The position numbers were made by a program, and so were the translations under genes. A DNA stretch of 56,211 nt, the filler included, from Platydemus manokwari (taxonomy: Eukaryota), in the NCBI GenBank assembly GCA_037951405.1. It is 4 parts of 4 records of this genome, joined end to end, with 100 filler letters (N's around TTAATTAATTAA, not from the genome) between each part and the next. Parts side by side here need not be neighbours in the genome. Positions count along the whole stretch, not along the records: positions 1 to 14,911 come from JBBMOY011373647.1; 3 more parts are not named here. One strand, written 5' to 3'. The notes under the pieces were generated by a model that worked only from the letters and a program-made list of their open reading frames with translations, did no database searches and was not told the DNA's origin. Below, piece by piece: positions 1 through 15,011 of this stretch; position 1 is the first letter of the stretch; each line of letters starts with the position of its first letter.

Positions 1-3000
1 TATCATCATCATTTTGTCATAATAATATTTTGCTTTTATAATATTAATGAAATATTGGCATGGAATTCCTATTGTTAGTTTTTATCCAAATTTTATTATG
101 TAAAGGACAGCACGATTCAATCGCCAAGATAAATTGGTAATCATAAAATTAATTCACACATAATCAAAATCCCCAATTGTTATGATCATGTATCTATAAT
201 AAAAAATATTCATTCCTTAGAAATAACTGATCAGGTAGAAATGAACCCTAATAAAAATGCTTAGCAACTTAAAATGTTATAGTAATTTCTCTCTGCCTCC
301 ATAAATTCCAATGCAATAAACATACATGCACTGTATTAAATAATAATTCGAGGAAAATATCTGCGACTTAGTTATCACTGCATATATAAGTCTATAAAAG
401 CTTATCGTTTATGTGTATAGAAGTAGTTTTGCAAAATATAATTTTTATTAAGTGTATACAAGTAGTAATTTATAAATGTATTGTTATCGTTGTATTATCG
501 TAGTAATTTATAATAATATACATGTATTTATCAAGGAATGTAGTTTTGATATTGAATCGGCAAGTGTCATTGGGTTTCACATCATTTCTGTAAGTATTAT
601 CATCGTCAAAATCATTGCATCACCTTTTTGGCAAGGCATAGTTGAGGTAGTTAAGAAGTTAAAAATAATATAAATCATTATAGCAATATCTAGAGCCATA
701 CATCCCGTCTTCATTCGTGGATTGGAGTTTATCGAGGCTAGGAACATCAAAATATAGGGTTTAGTGATTACCTGTGAGTTATAAGGACTGAGAGAACTTA
801 TTAGACTCATATATTTTGCCGAAGCGAGTAAAAATTCATATTTTAAAATTGAGATAAAAGAAGCCGTTGACCCCCAAAATCATCATATAAATATGACCTT
901 TAAATATTTACTTTACTCAGTTAAGAAGCCACTAATATCCAGTTTTAGAAACCACTCCAGAAATCTATTTGATAATAAAAGAAAAACTATTTTGCCAGCC
1001 ATCTACTGTCGAGATCACCAGTATATCCAATTCTAATACCGAAATCTTTAATTGACATTTGCCTATTTATCGAGAAAAAACTAATATTAAAGTAAGTCTG
1101 TATTGGTACAAAAACAATATAGATATTTGGTTGTTTTATTCCGCCCATTATTTTTTTATCAAGCTGAGCTTAGTCTTGCCTTGATTGTGTCCAAAATTTT
1201 TAAAAGAATCATAAATTGTTAACTTGTCCTGGAAATCGTACTATCTGTTCGCAAACGCCTTCGTAATCATTTTAGTTATTTGTGACTTTTATATTTGATT
1301 TAATAATAGATTTTTAAAAAAAATTGGTTTTCTTGGAGTAATAATCAGTGACGCATCACATATATAGTAATTATATCATCTCATCATTGTCAATCACCTT
1401 TTATTTGATGAAGTGTATAGCAATAATATCAAGGATAAAAGGCAGATCGAGTTAAAGGAATATGAAGTTTTATTCTGCTTTTGTCGCTCCCGTAGTTATC
1501 ACATTGCAGGTAGAGTGTCAAGATGAAGAAACAACAATTTGGGACTAATAGACCAGGATTATGTAACTGACAGAAGCTAATATAGATAAGAGTAGTGAAA
1601 ATAAAATAAATTGTGCGAGCAAATATAAAATTATGAATCTGGCTAATAGAACAATCGATAATCCAGACATATAATAACAATTCATGTACTTATTTGTCAT
1701 GCTGCTATTGATTGATAAATTGGAATTTTGAGTGAAGTTTTGATCTTACATGAATATCAATACGAGAAATTTAATAACAAAAGCTCTCTCTATATTATAT
1801 TAAAATGAAGATTAAGATACTATTGTAATGATCACTACGATTTGTAGAGTGTTTTCAAATTAGTTCTGTTAATTTTTAGAAAAATGAGCTGAGCTCATAA
1901 TAGGTAATAGTAATGTTTAAAAATGTAATTAATAGTGCAATGAAATAGTTACTAAAAATAGATTTGGTTTCATCTTTCTGTTCTTGAAATGTTCCTTGAT
2001 GACTTTGAGTGCAAATAAGTATGTTCTTGTGCATCTCACCTCCTTAAGTGGGATTCCAACTGTGTAATAATTTTAACTGATGACAATAATTATAAAATTA
2101 AAATTTTTTAAGAAATATAATGATTACATATTGTCATATATTGGTTATGTATTATTATATATAATGATAATATTTATATATAATGAATGCCATATAATGA
2201 TGTATTACTGCTATCATGTATTACTCTTGAAATTACTCTTTAATCGTATTATTAAAGTTTATAAAAATCATTTTCAGGAATAAAAGACTTATGGCAGAAA
2301 AGCCGCTTAGTTCGGAATAATAATTTTGAAGTTTTTCTAAACCTAGATGATAAACTCAGTATAAAAATAATGAAAAGATATATTTTTTGATATTATGAAT
2401 AAAAAGGAAACTATTTTCGAAATGCTGGACACATATCTTACGATATCTAAAAATACCATCGAGATACCAGACTATTTGAAAACGCGGCTTGTAATGGTAA
2501 TTTCAAACACAGATTGACAGGAAAAGCTCTAAAGGAAGTGACATTCTTAATTGATTAATTATTCGAGTTATGAATAATATAAACAATCGCTAATGTTCAA
2601 GTCGGATTGTAAAAATCTTATTAAACTTTATAAATTAATGATAGAGATTATCAGACATATAATCAAAGACGCACGAGACAACATTATGGTTATAGCTCAT
2701 ATCTATAGATAAAATATTGAAAATGAAAAGAAACTTGAAAAATTCAAATATTTTTGATATCACAATATCATTATCAGATTTTTTCAGATATTAATAAATA
2801 GATATTGCTTTACCCCTCACAATATAAATCCTCTTCAAATATAATGAGGAGAAATGTAACATGTTCTCAATCCTTCTCAAACACAAATATTTATATTTGT
2901 AATTCGGATGAATTCAGTTATTAAATTCCAACAGCGCAAAATCGTTTCAATTTAATGTCAAGTTTGATAGAACTAAATTAATAATTTATTCTGATCGCTC

Positions 3001-4093
3001 TTAATGAAGATTCCCTTTGCAAATTTTGCCATATATTATGTTTATTGAAAACCAAAATAAGCAACAATTGTTTCGAAATATTTATTTCAATTCGGATTCA
3101 ATTTGTTCATAAAGAATTCTTGACTTGAAGGGATCGCAAATGCTGTCAAAGCTTTTCATATGAAATTAAGGTCGTAATTATTTAAAATTACTACTGGTAC
3201 TGCCAAGATCAAGAGCCTTTGAAACATATTACTACTATATTTCTATTAAACTATTTTTATCAAAGGGCTAATGTTGATAATACTGGTTTGGTACAATTTT
3301 GAAAATGGGCTCGAAATTGGCACGAAGTATTTATTTTTATGAGGTTGACAACCAACTGATATTCATAGAAACATATTTAATGGAACCAAACCTATAATAA
3401 ATCATAAGGCTTAATAAATAATGGATTATTAGTTGATCAATAGTATATATAGACTCTATAGTTATATACTATAACATATAGCTTATAAACTCAACTCAAG
3501 TAACTACAATCTTTGAAAATATACGTTTTATGTTGCAATTAATAATTGGTTAATTAAAAAACCATTAAGTTACAATTTTTTTTAATTTTCAATATTTTAT
3601 GTATTTTTATTATTTAAAATTCTAACAAAAGTGTAGTGTCGATTAATGATACAAACTCTTAATCGATTAGTGTGCTTCATATAACTGGAATGTTGTCGGA
3701 TCTATCTCATAATTTTGTTGTTCAGTAAAATAGTTTTGAATGATATGAATTTACAATGTAAATGAGGAAAATGCAGCGTATATTATGTAAAGATAGTTTT
3801 CTTTATTATTGATTAAAAACAATTTCCCCAATAATAATTTTTTAAATTATTAGCTTATTATATATAGCCTTTTTATCTCTTTAAATTTTTCATCTAAAAA
3901 TTTTAATATTATTAGTTTAAAATCCTTAACGTCTTAATTGTTTTAATCTATCAATGTAAAACAATATATTTCAAAATTGTTTATTTATCGTTTTCTATTA
4001 AATTGTATTTATGTAGATTATTCAATTAATTGTACATTATTTTTAATTATTATTTTTGAAAAAAACATTATAATTTATTTAATTCTATATTAA

Positions 4094-4417
<324 letters not shown>

Positions 4418-4565
4418 TGTTTGTTAATTATCATTATTTATTGCGTAATTGTTTATCATTGTTGTAATTGACATAATAATATATGTTCTCAATATAAATG
4501 TTTTTGTTATTAATAATAATTACCATTGCTTTTAACTATGTTCCGCTTGATATTTTCAGTATTTG

Positions 4566-4571
4566 AATAAA
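4566..4571 (+). promoter_or_regulatory. Candidate poly(A) signal of the H4 gene
   Basis: AATAAA about 150 nt after the H4 stop, and no histone stem-loop seen in between. AATAAA is common by chance at this AT content. Confidence 0.35.
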
Positions 4572-7500
4572 AATGCTTGGTGTATTTTTAACATAGCCGG
4601 GAAAGTACTTTTTAATGAGGTTTTTTATTTTTTACTTTTAAAGCTGATTATTTATTTGTTTCGTGATTTTTATTTAATATTAGTTTATTAATTATAATAA
4701 TTACCATAATCATTAATATATCCAATGATATCATGGCATCTTTCTCATTTCTCATTGGTTGCTTTGGATTGTTTGTAATCACTTGATAGCAATCGAGTTT
4801 CGATTCAATCAACCTTTCCACATCATTTGTGTAGAAGATTAATCGATAATGCGTTGGTAGAAAATTTGCAATTTAATGTGTGTTTATAAGAATAATTAGT
4901 TAACCAATCAAAACGCTTGAAAACAATTTTGAAATTAGTCATTTCTATGTTTGTTTAAATATAATAAACACGATTATTTCGGTATTCAGTTTTGCGAAAA
5001 CTATTTAAGTATTTATCATCGATTGTTATTATGTTGGATAATGAGTGAACATTTTTACCAGTTCTATCTTGGATGTGATATTGATTTTATTTTGAATATT
5101 CCACATCGGGTGTTTTATATCGATTTTGGGGTTCACAGAAAATATTAATGGAAATAATTAGAAACGATTAATGAAATAATATAAAATAAAATTTGACGGC
5201 TAAAATGGGAAAAATATCGAATAAAATAATTTTAATAGCAGTAGAGGGGCAGTCTTTGAATCATCTTTCGGTCCATTTGTATGCAGAGGCATACATGGAA
5301 AAAGTCTGTCATGCAGTCAAATAAATCTCCCTACTAGCCACTTAGAGTCTGTGACACCTGGCAAAGTATACTTGGGTAATCATTCTGATCTGTGGTTGGA
5401 CTTGCTGCTGACCTCGGGCTATTTTTAATGAAACTTGGTTGTCGGAACTCATAAAATTAATTTTTGTCCAAAATCTGGCCTACCAAATAATTGTTGACAA
5501 CTGAAGAATCGAAGGTTGCAAACTATATTTTCGTTAACGTTTACTGATCAGTACAATACAAGAGCGTCTACAAACATCTCAAAAATTACAAACGAAAACT
5601 TGGTTTTGTAGTAGCATTGTGAAATAATCCAATTCAATTAATTATGGACATGGACATCTGAGATAACGGAAAAGTACCCGTTTGGACTGAAAATGATCGT
5701 GAAAATTTAATTTTATGCTGGAAAATTATTTCACGAAAATGCAGGAAGTAGTGATTATGTTGTCATGGAGCGTAATTCTACAGGAAATTTGTCCTGGATT
5801 TTTTAATTTTATAAATTTATATCGGCTGAGATTTTATTGAAGTAATTTGATTGTAACCTTGACAACTGTGTTCTGTAATTTGATTGGAAGAAGATATGTC
5901 GGTATAAAAGCTAGATGTGCATTAACTAGCAGTTGACATACACATCAAAGTGACTGAGTGCAGCAGTCACGATGATTTGATAATGTGCGAAGCACTAATA
6001 AATCACCCAAGATATTAATGTCGAAACGATTGATTATTTTTATTGTCATTATTGTTGGGTTCACCTTTGAATTGTTTCGATTGCAACATTTACGCCCAAT
6101 AAGTGAGTCGATAGTTGTATAAATTATCACATGTTTGTTGCCTGCATAGAAAGAACACCATCACTATGTAAAATAATTGTATAACAGACGATTTACATTA
6201 TACTTGCAAATAACCGACCAACTTGCCTTTCACTAATTCTATTAATCCAGTACCTATGGCAACGGTCCTTGGGTATTTTTCGAATATCAATAACCAAAAT
6301 TAAAAATTCTAAACTATCGCCAACATCCTATTTATAACCACAATCTATCCTTGTAAGCGATCACGAATAAATAACCCTTTAATATCTCTTGAATAAGCGT
6401 TTCTCATCAAAATCACCAGAAATAGCTAAATACAATACCGAATTGGCCTACTATTTATATTATATACTAATGGCAAATTCAGGGTTATTTGGTAAATTAT
6501 TGTTGTTATTCCCTGAAGTTGTGAATAATTAATAGAGTTTTTCTTAATTATTTTAATGATTCTTGTCACTATTTAGGACCACGACGTCCGTAACCTGAAA
6601 TGTTAGTTTTTATAATTAATATTTGTGTTGGATTAATTGGGTTCATATCTGATCATATATTTGTCGTTAAATCTTGCTAAACACGGAAAATGTAATCGAA
6701 AACAGACCGAGCTTATTTTATATTTGATAAAACATTATTTTCAATTATCTAGTTAATCGCAGTGTAAATCAAAATTATTATTCGAATCATTCAATAGATG
6801 ACTTAGAGAATCTCAAATGCTTTGACTGGATATTCTTGATTGGTTTTGTAGAGCGGTAATACAGTTCACTGTTATGCCGGGTTTATGTTTCTCACATTTA
6901 ATGATTTTCTTCAATGAATTCATGGAATTTCCAAGAACTTGGTGTCAGCAATATTTATCGGTGTTCTGAGAAATCTTTTCAATTGATTTTAACAATTTGA
7001 CTATCCATGTGTTGTGAAAAGAACTTTTTCTTGGGCGAAAAATGTATCAAATGTATAATTTTATTTTGTAGAGAAAAACTGATCATTAGATGTGAATGTA
7101 AAATCTCACAATAAAATATTTTCTGTCATAAAATATCCTATTTCTCAAGAAAATATAATTAAATTATAAATATAAATAATATATAACTTAGCCAATTCAT
7201 GATTTATTATCAAATATAAATTATGAATATATTAATGAACTGGATAATCAATAAAAAACAGCTTTGAAATAAAAATTATTCCATATAAAAATAATTTAGA
7301 AAATTAGAAAAAATAAGAAAAAATAGCAACTGAGAATATATTTAAGTTAAATAAAATAACAGCATTTAAGAAAACATGGAAAAATCAGACATAAAATCCA
7401 GCATAGAAAACAAATGAAATTATAATAATTTATTGAAATAATTTATAATAATAACGATTATTTCATATAAAACAGAAATAAATAAATAACAAAATAAATA

Positions 7501-10500
7501 AAAAACAATAACACATAACGTCACATAAATAGGCCGACATCGGACAGTACCTTTATCTAAATTTAGAAATCACTATAACCCAATTAAAAAGAGGTACTAT
7601 TAGAAGATATTTATTTGTTCGATATCAAAATCATTACTATTTAAGCTATTCAAGTTCGTGTATTCTCAGTTGTTAACCTGTTACGTCCGGGCCTTATTGA
7701 TTTTATTGTTTTGTTAAGGTTAATCCTATTTGATACCACTATTGTCTTAATCAGTTTCTACGAGCTCTTGATTAAGGCAACAGGTGTAATCTACCTTATC
7801 TTGTTGTTCCTTCACCTCGCACAACCTTATTGTGTAAAGACAATGGATGTGGCAATTGTGATATATAGTGATATATAACTATGCTAATACCAACGATAAT
7901 GAATAATGATTTTATGACCTCTATATGATTAGGAACTAAATCTTGCTGCTACAGATATTTATTAATGATTGACACCAAAACAAAGCTGATTAAAAATAAT
8001 AAAATAAAAATGACAAATAGATTTTAAAATTACACTTCCGGTAAAACACTGGGCATATAGGGAATCCTATTATTCTGTATTGATTGATCTTATATCAATG
8101 CTGATTGAATTACAAAACGATGTATCTTCTCCAGTATATGACAATTGATGTGGTGTTTAAAGCTAATGCCAGTGAATTTATGATTTCGTCGATAAAATTT
8201 ATTATTGGTGAGAGAAATTCTCTCTGAATAAATTTATTACACAGAGAGCAATATTCTCTCGATTAAATATAATCGAGTGATTATTTTATCCAGTTACAGA
8301 ATTTATGTGCGCGATTACATATTAGGTATTGTTATTTTATAAATTACTATGTTATATTTTAGGGAATTTCAATTGACTTGTCCTAGACGGGTTTTACTAA
8401 TATTATTATTTTACATATTTATAAATAATAATAATAATAATTATAAATATTAATAAATTGTACCATTTTACAATAATTAATTTCACTCAGATAATCCAGG
8501 AGTTGTTAAGATATGAGCAATACACACTGTTTAAATAAAAATCCATACAATAAAAATTAATACCCATCTCAGATGTATTGTTATGCATTGTTATCAAATT
8601 TATACAGTGTTGCACATTGTTTTTTCAAGGTGAAGTAATTGTTGGGTCAAAATCCCGGCAAACCTATAGTTTTAAAATTGTTTTATTTTGGGGTTGTTGG
8701 TTTTTTTATATTTTATTTCTGTTTGTATTTTGGATTTTGATTGTGCCATATCAGAGTCTTATCAGTCTCGTGGAGTTCTCAAAACCCCAGATATCAACTA
8801 AACCTATTAATTTCTTATGATCTTTCTTCGCCTTGATCGTATCAATCCTCGTATGAAGACGGGATGAACGGCTCAATGTTATTGCTTTTGATTTTAACAG
8901 TCTCCTATTTTTATTGTTATTAAGAGCCTCTTTACACCCTTCCAAAAAAGTGATGAGTTGACAATGAAATTATTTTATTAAACTAATGAAATGAACCTTA
9001 TGACACTTGTCAAATCTAAAATTCAACTCGGTTACGTTTGCTAAAACTTATATTGCTAACAAATTACAACTAAAATAATTACTACAGGTATGTTTAAATA
9101 TAACAATACCTTTATACACTGAAACGGCAAGATTTTTAGCACAATTATGGACAAAAGCTCCGGTTAACAATGCTCCCAAGAGGAGTAGAACCGTTTATAC
9201 AAGTCTTTGGGCTTAACCCTATAAATAGGAAGAATATACGACGTTGATGTTGTAAATTGTCGATGATTTTACAGGAATTATCTTACTCGATCCTTGGACT
9301 TCTTCTCGAACAAATTGAATATCAATTATCAAAATTGATCCTCCAGATAAATCTGGGCATGTACTGGCAACAGGGAAATTGACTTCGGCAACGAATACTT
9401 CGAATGTTGATTACGACTAACAGGCGAGTGTGTTGTAACAGGCAGTTCGGAGGACTACTTATTTCACAGTCCCATTTATACGGGATTTTATTGATGGCGA
9501 ATTTCGATTTAAATGCGGGGTCTTTTCATTTCAATCCTCTTTTAAATGCGGGTTGTCATCGCTTTGTATGGGTGGATATTAATGTTCTTTATTATTTAAA
9601 AAAGGGAATTTATTTTATTCAGAGTTTATTTCTTGTTGCCAGCAGAATTTCATTTATTCAAAAATAAGGGCAATTTATTTTTATGCGGATGATTCTAATA
9701 TCTGGGTATTTTTTATAAGGTTAATTTTTAGGTGTTGGGTGAAATATTTTTGGGTTATTATTATTTTTAGGGTTAATTATATAAACGGTTCCAATTTATG
9801 ATTTTTCAATTTTATTTACAAAATCATTGTATTGAAAATTATTGAAAATTCTATTTCATTTTTAAGAATTCAATTCATATTTTGTTAACCTTTTGTCCAG
9901 AATGAATAAAAAATGAAAAATATAATTACCAATAAAACTCGTTACTCTTATACACTTAAAACAATTAAAATTTCATGCAAATCAAATGTTCCAAAAACCC
10001 AACAAAATTATCTGCCATAGTCAGTGGAACAAGTCATTTAATCCAGAAGTTCAGTAAAACATCGTCAATGATAAAATCACAAATAAATATTTATTCGTGT
10101 ATTTCATGTTTACCTGAGCTAAGCTCTTTCTTGAATTGGTTTTACTCACCTGTGAACCTTATTAAATAATAAATCTTTTATTCCAAATGAATATTTTATT
10201 TACTGTGCCCGATAATTGGCGATAGCTAATTCACTGAGCCATAATACATGAGGGGTTATTTATTATTATTATTTTATGGATGTTTCTTTTACAGGGGAAA
10301 TTTTCAAAGGATTTTTAAATTGTATTATTTTAATAGATATTTTAAAGGGGTAATACAATCTCATTTAGGATCGAATTCATATTGTATTCAATTTATATCA
10401 GCCACAGAACCTCAAGAATTTATACACAAAACACCTAATATTATTTCATTCAATTTCACATAAAAATATTCGATATAATTTCATGCAGAACACTTTCATT

Positions 10501-10849
10501 CATCAATACATGTTTTAGTCCCAAATTGGAACAAAAGTTGAAAAGAAAAAAGTCAATAGAATAGTACTTGGGTTTGTTAATAAATTTTGTACAATTGCTA
10601 TTGATGAGAAGGTAGGAACAATACAACTCGACAGAACTTAGGATTCAATTATAAAATTTTCTAGCGTTGCTCATCTTAAGCGATTGAGAAGAAAGAACAA
10701 CAAATATTATGGATAATTACTTCCCATGGATCATTAATACTCCGTAGAACTGATAAGACGCTGATGGTGTTAATAACTGTCAATAATAAATATAATTATT
10801 ATAATAAGATCATTAAAATGTTGGGTAATCGCAAATAATTAATAAAACT

Positions 10850-11175
10850 CTCAATCAAACTTGGCTTTCAACTAGCAGTTGTCCACCTTCACATCGATTT
10901 TTATAATTTGTATCATTTTGATTCGATATTTGTTTTTCTATGTTTTACATGTTTTATGTTTTTACATGAGTGAGACTGGTCAATCACTATGTGCATGTTG
11001 TTATGGAGCTATGCCCCTTTTATCAATTGCACATTACCATCTAACGTCACTATTATTGGCTGATTGCTATGCCTGTATAGTTATGTAGGCATGCAAATAT
11101 TTAAAGTGCCAAAACAAGGGGAACAAGATGCAAATCCGTTTTTATTTTTGCAGAATTTCATCTCACTAAACAAAA
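10850..11175 (+). repeat. Dispersed repeat family A, copy 1
   Basis: Shares 'cagttgtccaccttcacatcgat' and 'tttaaagtgccaaaacaagg...tgcaaatccgttttt...tgcagaatttcatctcact' with 46510-46857. Confidence 0.75.
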
Positions 11176-13905
11176 ATAACCCCCAAAAATAACATATAAT
11201 ATGATGAACACCATATATTAGTAATAACTGGTGTATTTAATGAATAACTTTGCATTGTGATACGAGATTACTTTAAAATGCGCAATTAAAATTTGTGGGT
11301 GTGGAGTATTTTATTATCTGTGTTATGTTTCTGTAATAGCCTCTATTTTTTACAATTTTAATTTGTAAATCTTTAGAAAAAAGAAACAAAAGGTAATTAA
11401 AAGTTACTAAAAATAGAAATTTCAAAATATTCCAAATTAATAATAATTATTATAAATCGATAATAATAATAAATAAATTCGAGTTAACTAAAAATAGGAC
11501 TATGTATGTTAGGCCAACAACAGAAAATTAGACCTACAAATTGTCACGCAACTAATTTTAGCTATCAGAAATTCATTGGGTGGCAGTATAATTTAGCAGC
11601 AGAATTCATTTGTGGATTCATACGAAATTGACCATAGCTTCAAGCAATTTGATTGAAGTGAAAATTAAAATTTAATCTAACATATCAAAATCATTTCAAT
11701 TAATGAGGAAATGAAGATCACTAGAAGATCTACCACCAAGTAAATTTAAAAACGCAACCAAACTAAATAAGCCAGCATTAAGACATGTATCGATTTAGTA
11801 TCATTCAGTAATATTAGTAATCGTTTCTCCACCTTTTCTCCACATGTGGTATCAATTTTATCTAAACTCCACCTATTAGCAGAAAGTTTTTCTCTGGCAA
11901 GGTTAAACAAACCGGCTTCGCTAGTCCCGTGTTATTTGCCTAACTGAACGGGTTGCGATTAATCACATTAATTATCAACAAATCTAATGTATATATCTGC
12001 ATAACCTCAATTAAGTTTTATATTGTTATTTGATTTATCATGTTCTATTAATATACACCTTTAAATATTATTCACGAACCGGCTATGGTACCAACAGATT
12101 TAGAGAGAGATTACATAAAGTTCACCCCAACACAAATATCAAGCACACCTCTATGAAATTTATTCAAATAATTTGAGATTAGAGGGAAAAGTCATTGATG
12201 CTAACGAGATTATAATATTATTAACAAGCGAATGTGCTGTGGTGTTTGAAAGTCTTGCGCCTAAGATATGGTTGTACCTTGAATTGGTAATGTGAGAAAA
12301 CCGAAAAAAACTAATATAATAATAGAATCTTGATACACTAGTAGCAATAAGGTAACAAAAAACTGTAAACTAATATAACCAAAGATAGCTTTTGTTTCTA
12401 AGGTCAATTCTGATACAGAGAATATGGGAAAGGTCACACTTTATTAACCAGTAAATTCCGAACGTCAATCATAATTCAATTACTCTCCTAGTATAATAAT
12501 CAAAAAGGAAATTGTTCTTTTGAATTATTGACGATAATTGTTGTAAGTAGTAAATGAAATTAAAATTTCTCTCCTCTGTTAAACAAATGAACGACTAGTA
12601 ATGGTTATGTGGGTTAATGACTAATCCACGACTATTTATAAACTCCTAAAATGAATTCTATCGATAAGGTAATGAAGACGTATAGATCTTGATAAATGCT
12701 GATTATTCGCTAAGCACTCAGCCCTGTGTGGGCTTTAGCGAATTTGCCTGAATGAAGCATGGTATTTGTAGTAAAAATAAAATAGACATAAAGAGGGCAC
12801 ATTTTTCTAACAAAAGTTGTAACAAAAATAAAATCCGTGTAAAAAGCGGAACCAGTCGTTAGTAGTCGGTTATGTTATTACAACCAAGCCCATTGCAGGA
12901 AAATGTTAAGAAAACATCAGTTTAAATATAAGCAGCAGTACTGATTATATGTTACTAATTCCCAATTATTCCCAAAATTAACCCAAATTATCGATCTGCA
13001 TTTGAAGAGTGCAAATGGTTTTCTTTCAAATGCTAAAATTCTCAATTTTAAATATCATTTCATTAGCGGATTGATGATATTTATAATGGGTTGGAACCTA
13101 GTTTTGTACTGGTTTGAATATGATTACAATAATTCATTATTATTCCCTACATTTTCGGGACTAACCAATTATTAAAACAACAAATAATGTATTTTCATAG
13201 ATCTGTTAAATCTGGTTTTATTACAAACTTGATGAGCTCTAATTACTGATCTGACCTCTTTCTCTTATGAACTAGGTAAACATGATGTTTAACAAAATAC
13301 TTCAATCACGAATTGATTATAACAGATATAGAAGAATGTCCTTCTGCCCGTATAACAGCACCGCGTAACAAATTACGGCTGATATAGTTTACAAACACAA
13401 CTACACAATACATTACCTTCACATCTTACAACCGACATTCGTTGTCAGAAATATACTTTAAGAAATGTCCTAATTCTTATCTATTTTTTGGTCTGGATCA
13501 AATGGCGCGATCTTTTATTTTTCTTCTGTATTTATATTATTTAGACCAACTGAGAAAGGATTTATACAACACATACTGTATAAGACGGTGAGAAATTTAT
13601 TTTATCAAATCTGTTGTATGTTTCATCTACTACAAATACAGTAATGAACATTTATAATTATAAATTATGGACTTTTATTTAATGTTGAAGTCAGACACCG
13701 TCGGGAGATAAATTTTTTATACTTTCATATGGTTATTGTGAGAATTATAAAATTTAAGTTTGAAAAATTTTATAAATAAATTAATAATTATAGTCAAATA
13801 TAATTTTTTAAAATAGTAATGGCTTACAGTAATAATAATGACAAAGACAATTATTACAACAATGGAAATAACAAGAATAATAAAAATGATAATAATTACA
13901 ACATC

Positions 13906-13906
<1 letters not shown>

Positions 13907-13940
<34 letters not shown>
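13907..13940. repeat. (AAT)n microsatellite
   Basis: Run of about 11 AAT units, preceded by degenerate AAT/AAC/GAT triplets. Confidence 0.9.
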
Positions 13941-13941
<1 letters not shown>

Positions 13942-14911
13942 TATTTAGTTTATATTTGCCAATTTATTTCTATATTTATAAATGAATGGCAGCTGTGAAT
14001 TTTTAAACTGAATCTGTCAGATATACTCTAGGAAACACAGAATGAAATTCACCCACCATCAGTGTGCTAATAATTTATTTCATCTCATTTGTTGTAATGG
14101 ACTGCTATCGATTAAGTTGATATGTTGATATGTATTATTATCGATTCGGGTTTTGTAAAATGGATTAGTAGAGTACTATTAACATTTACGTCGTCAACAT
14201 ATCGATTACAAATATATTTATGAGATGTCAATTGTCATTGCTCTCTGTGTAGAAATTATTCAACATATCAATACTCAATAATAAAAATTTTTCATCGATA
14301 AAGACCATTTATTCTATCACTTGTCGTATTTAGCAAGTCTTATATATTCACAATGGTCAAGATGTCAGTGTTTCGGATTGAGCAGACCTCAAAGTTATTA
14401 ATTTTGATATTTTTGATTGATATTTTATACTTTTGAAAATGTTCTTCAAGCTTTGAAACCTTTGTGGTACAAGAAATAATACTGATTCCCAATATAATTA
14501 ATTCTAATAGTTTTGTCCTCATTATTCTTTAACGATATTGACTCTATAGGGTTTTTCTCGTCAGTCAAAACTCTTTCTAGAGTCTTGTTCTTTCGACATA
14601 AATTGGTTAAGAAAATAAACCATAAAAGTGAAGGAAAGTTTCAAGAAAAAATTAATTCAAAAGATTTACTTCGTTTTTAAATTCGTATTAAGAAGCCTAA
14701 ATAAGTATTTGAGTAATAAATAATTGCAACATTTCCTAGTGGATTTGATCGGTTTGGTGTGGATAAAAATGGAATCAGAAAAACTTATTATGATGTTCAT
14801 GTGATAATAAAGGAATAAGCAAAAAATGAAGAAATATATATTAGGCTGAGTCAAAAGTTATTCATGTTTTTTAGTTGTTTAAAGTTTTTGTTTTACCAAA
14901 TCATTTAAACA

Positions 14912-15011
14912 NNNNNNNNNNNNNNNNNNNNNNNNNNNNNNNNNNNNNNNNNNNNTTAATTAATTAANNNNNNNNNNNNNNNNNNNNNNNNNNNNNNNNN
15001 NNNNNNNNNNN
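14912..15011. other. Assembly gap with artificial linker
   Basis: 44 N + TTAATTAATTAA (stops in all six frames) + 44 N, exactly 100 bp. Confidence 0.98.

Noticed and set aside
2275-3230. hAT-like snippets (LWQKSRLVRNNNFEVFLNL; AFAIPSSQ)
   Set aside because: Short, on opposite strands, and without catalytic motifs or TIRs.
14956-14967. Recurrent palindrome TTAATTAATTAA as a biological repeat or CRISPR-like unit
   Set aside because: Always centred in a 100-bp N gap; it is an assembly linker.
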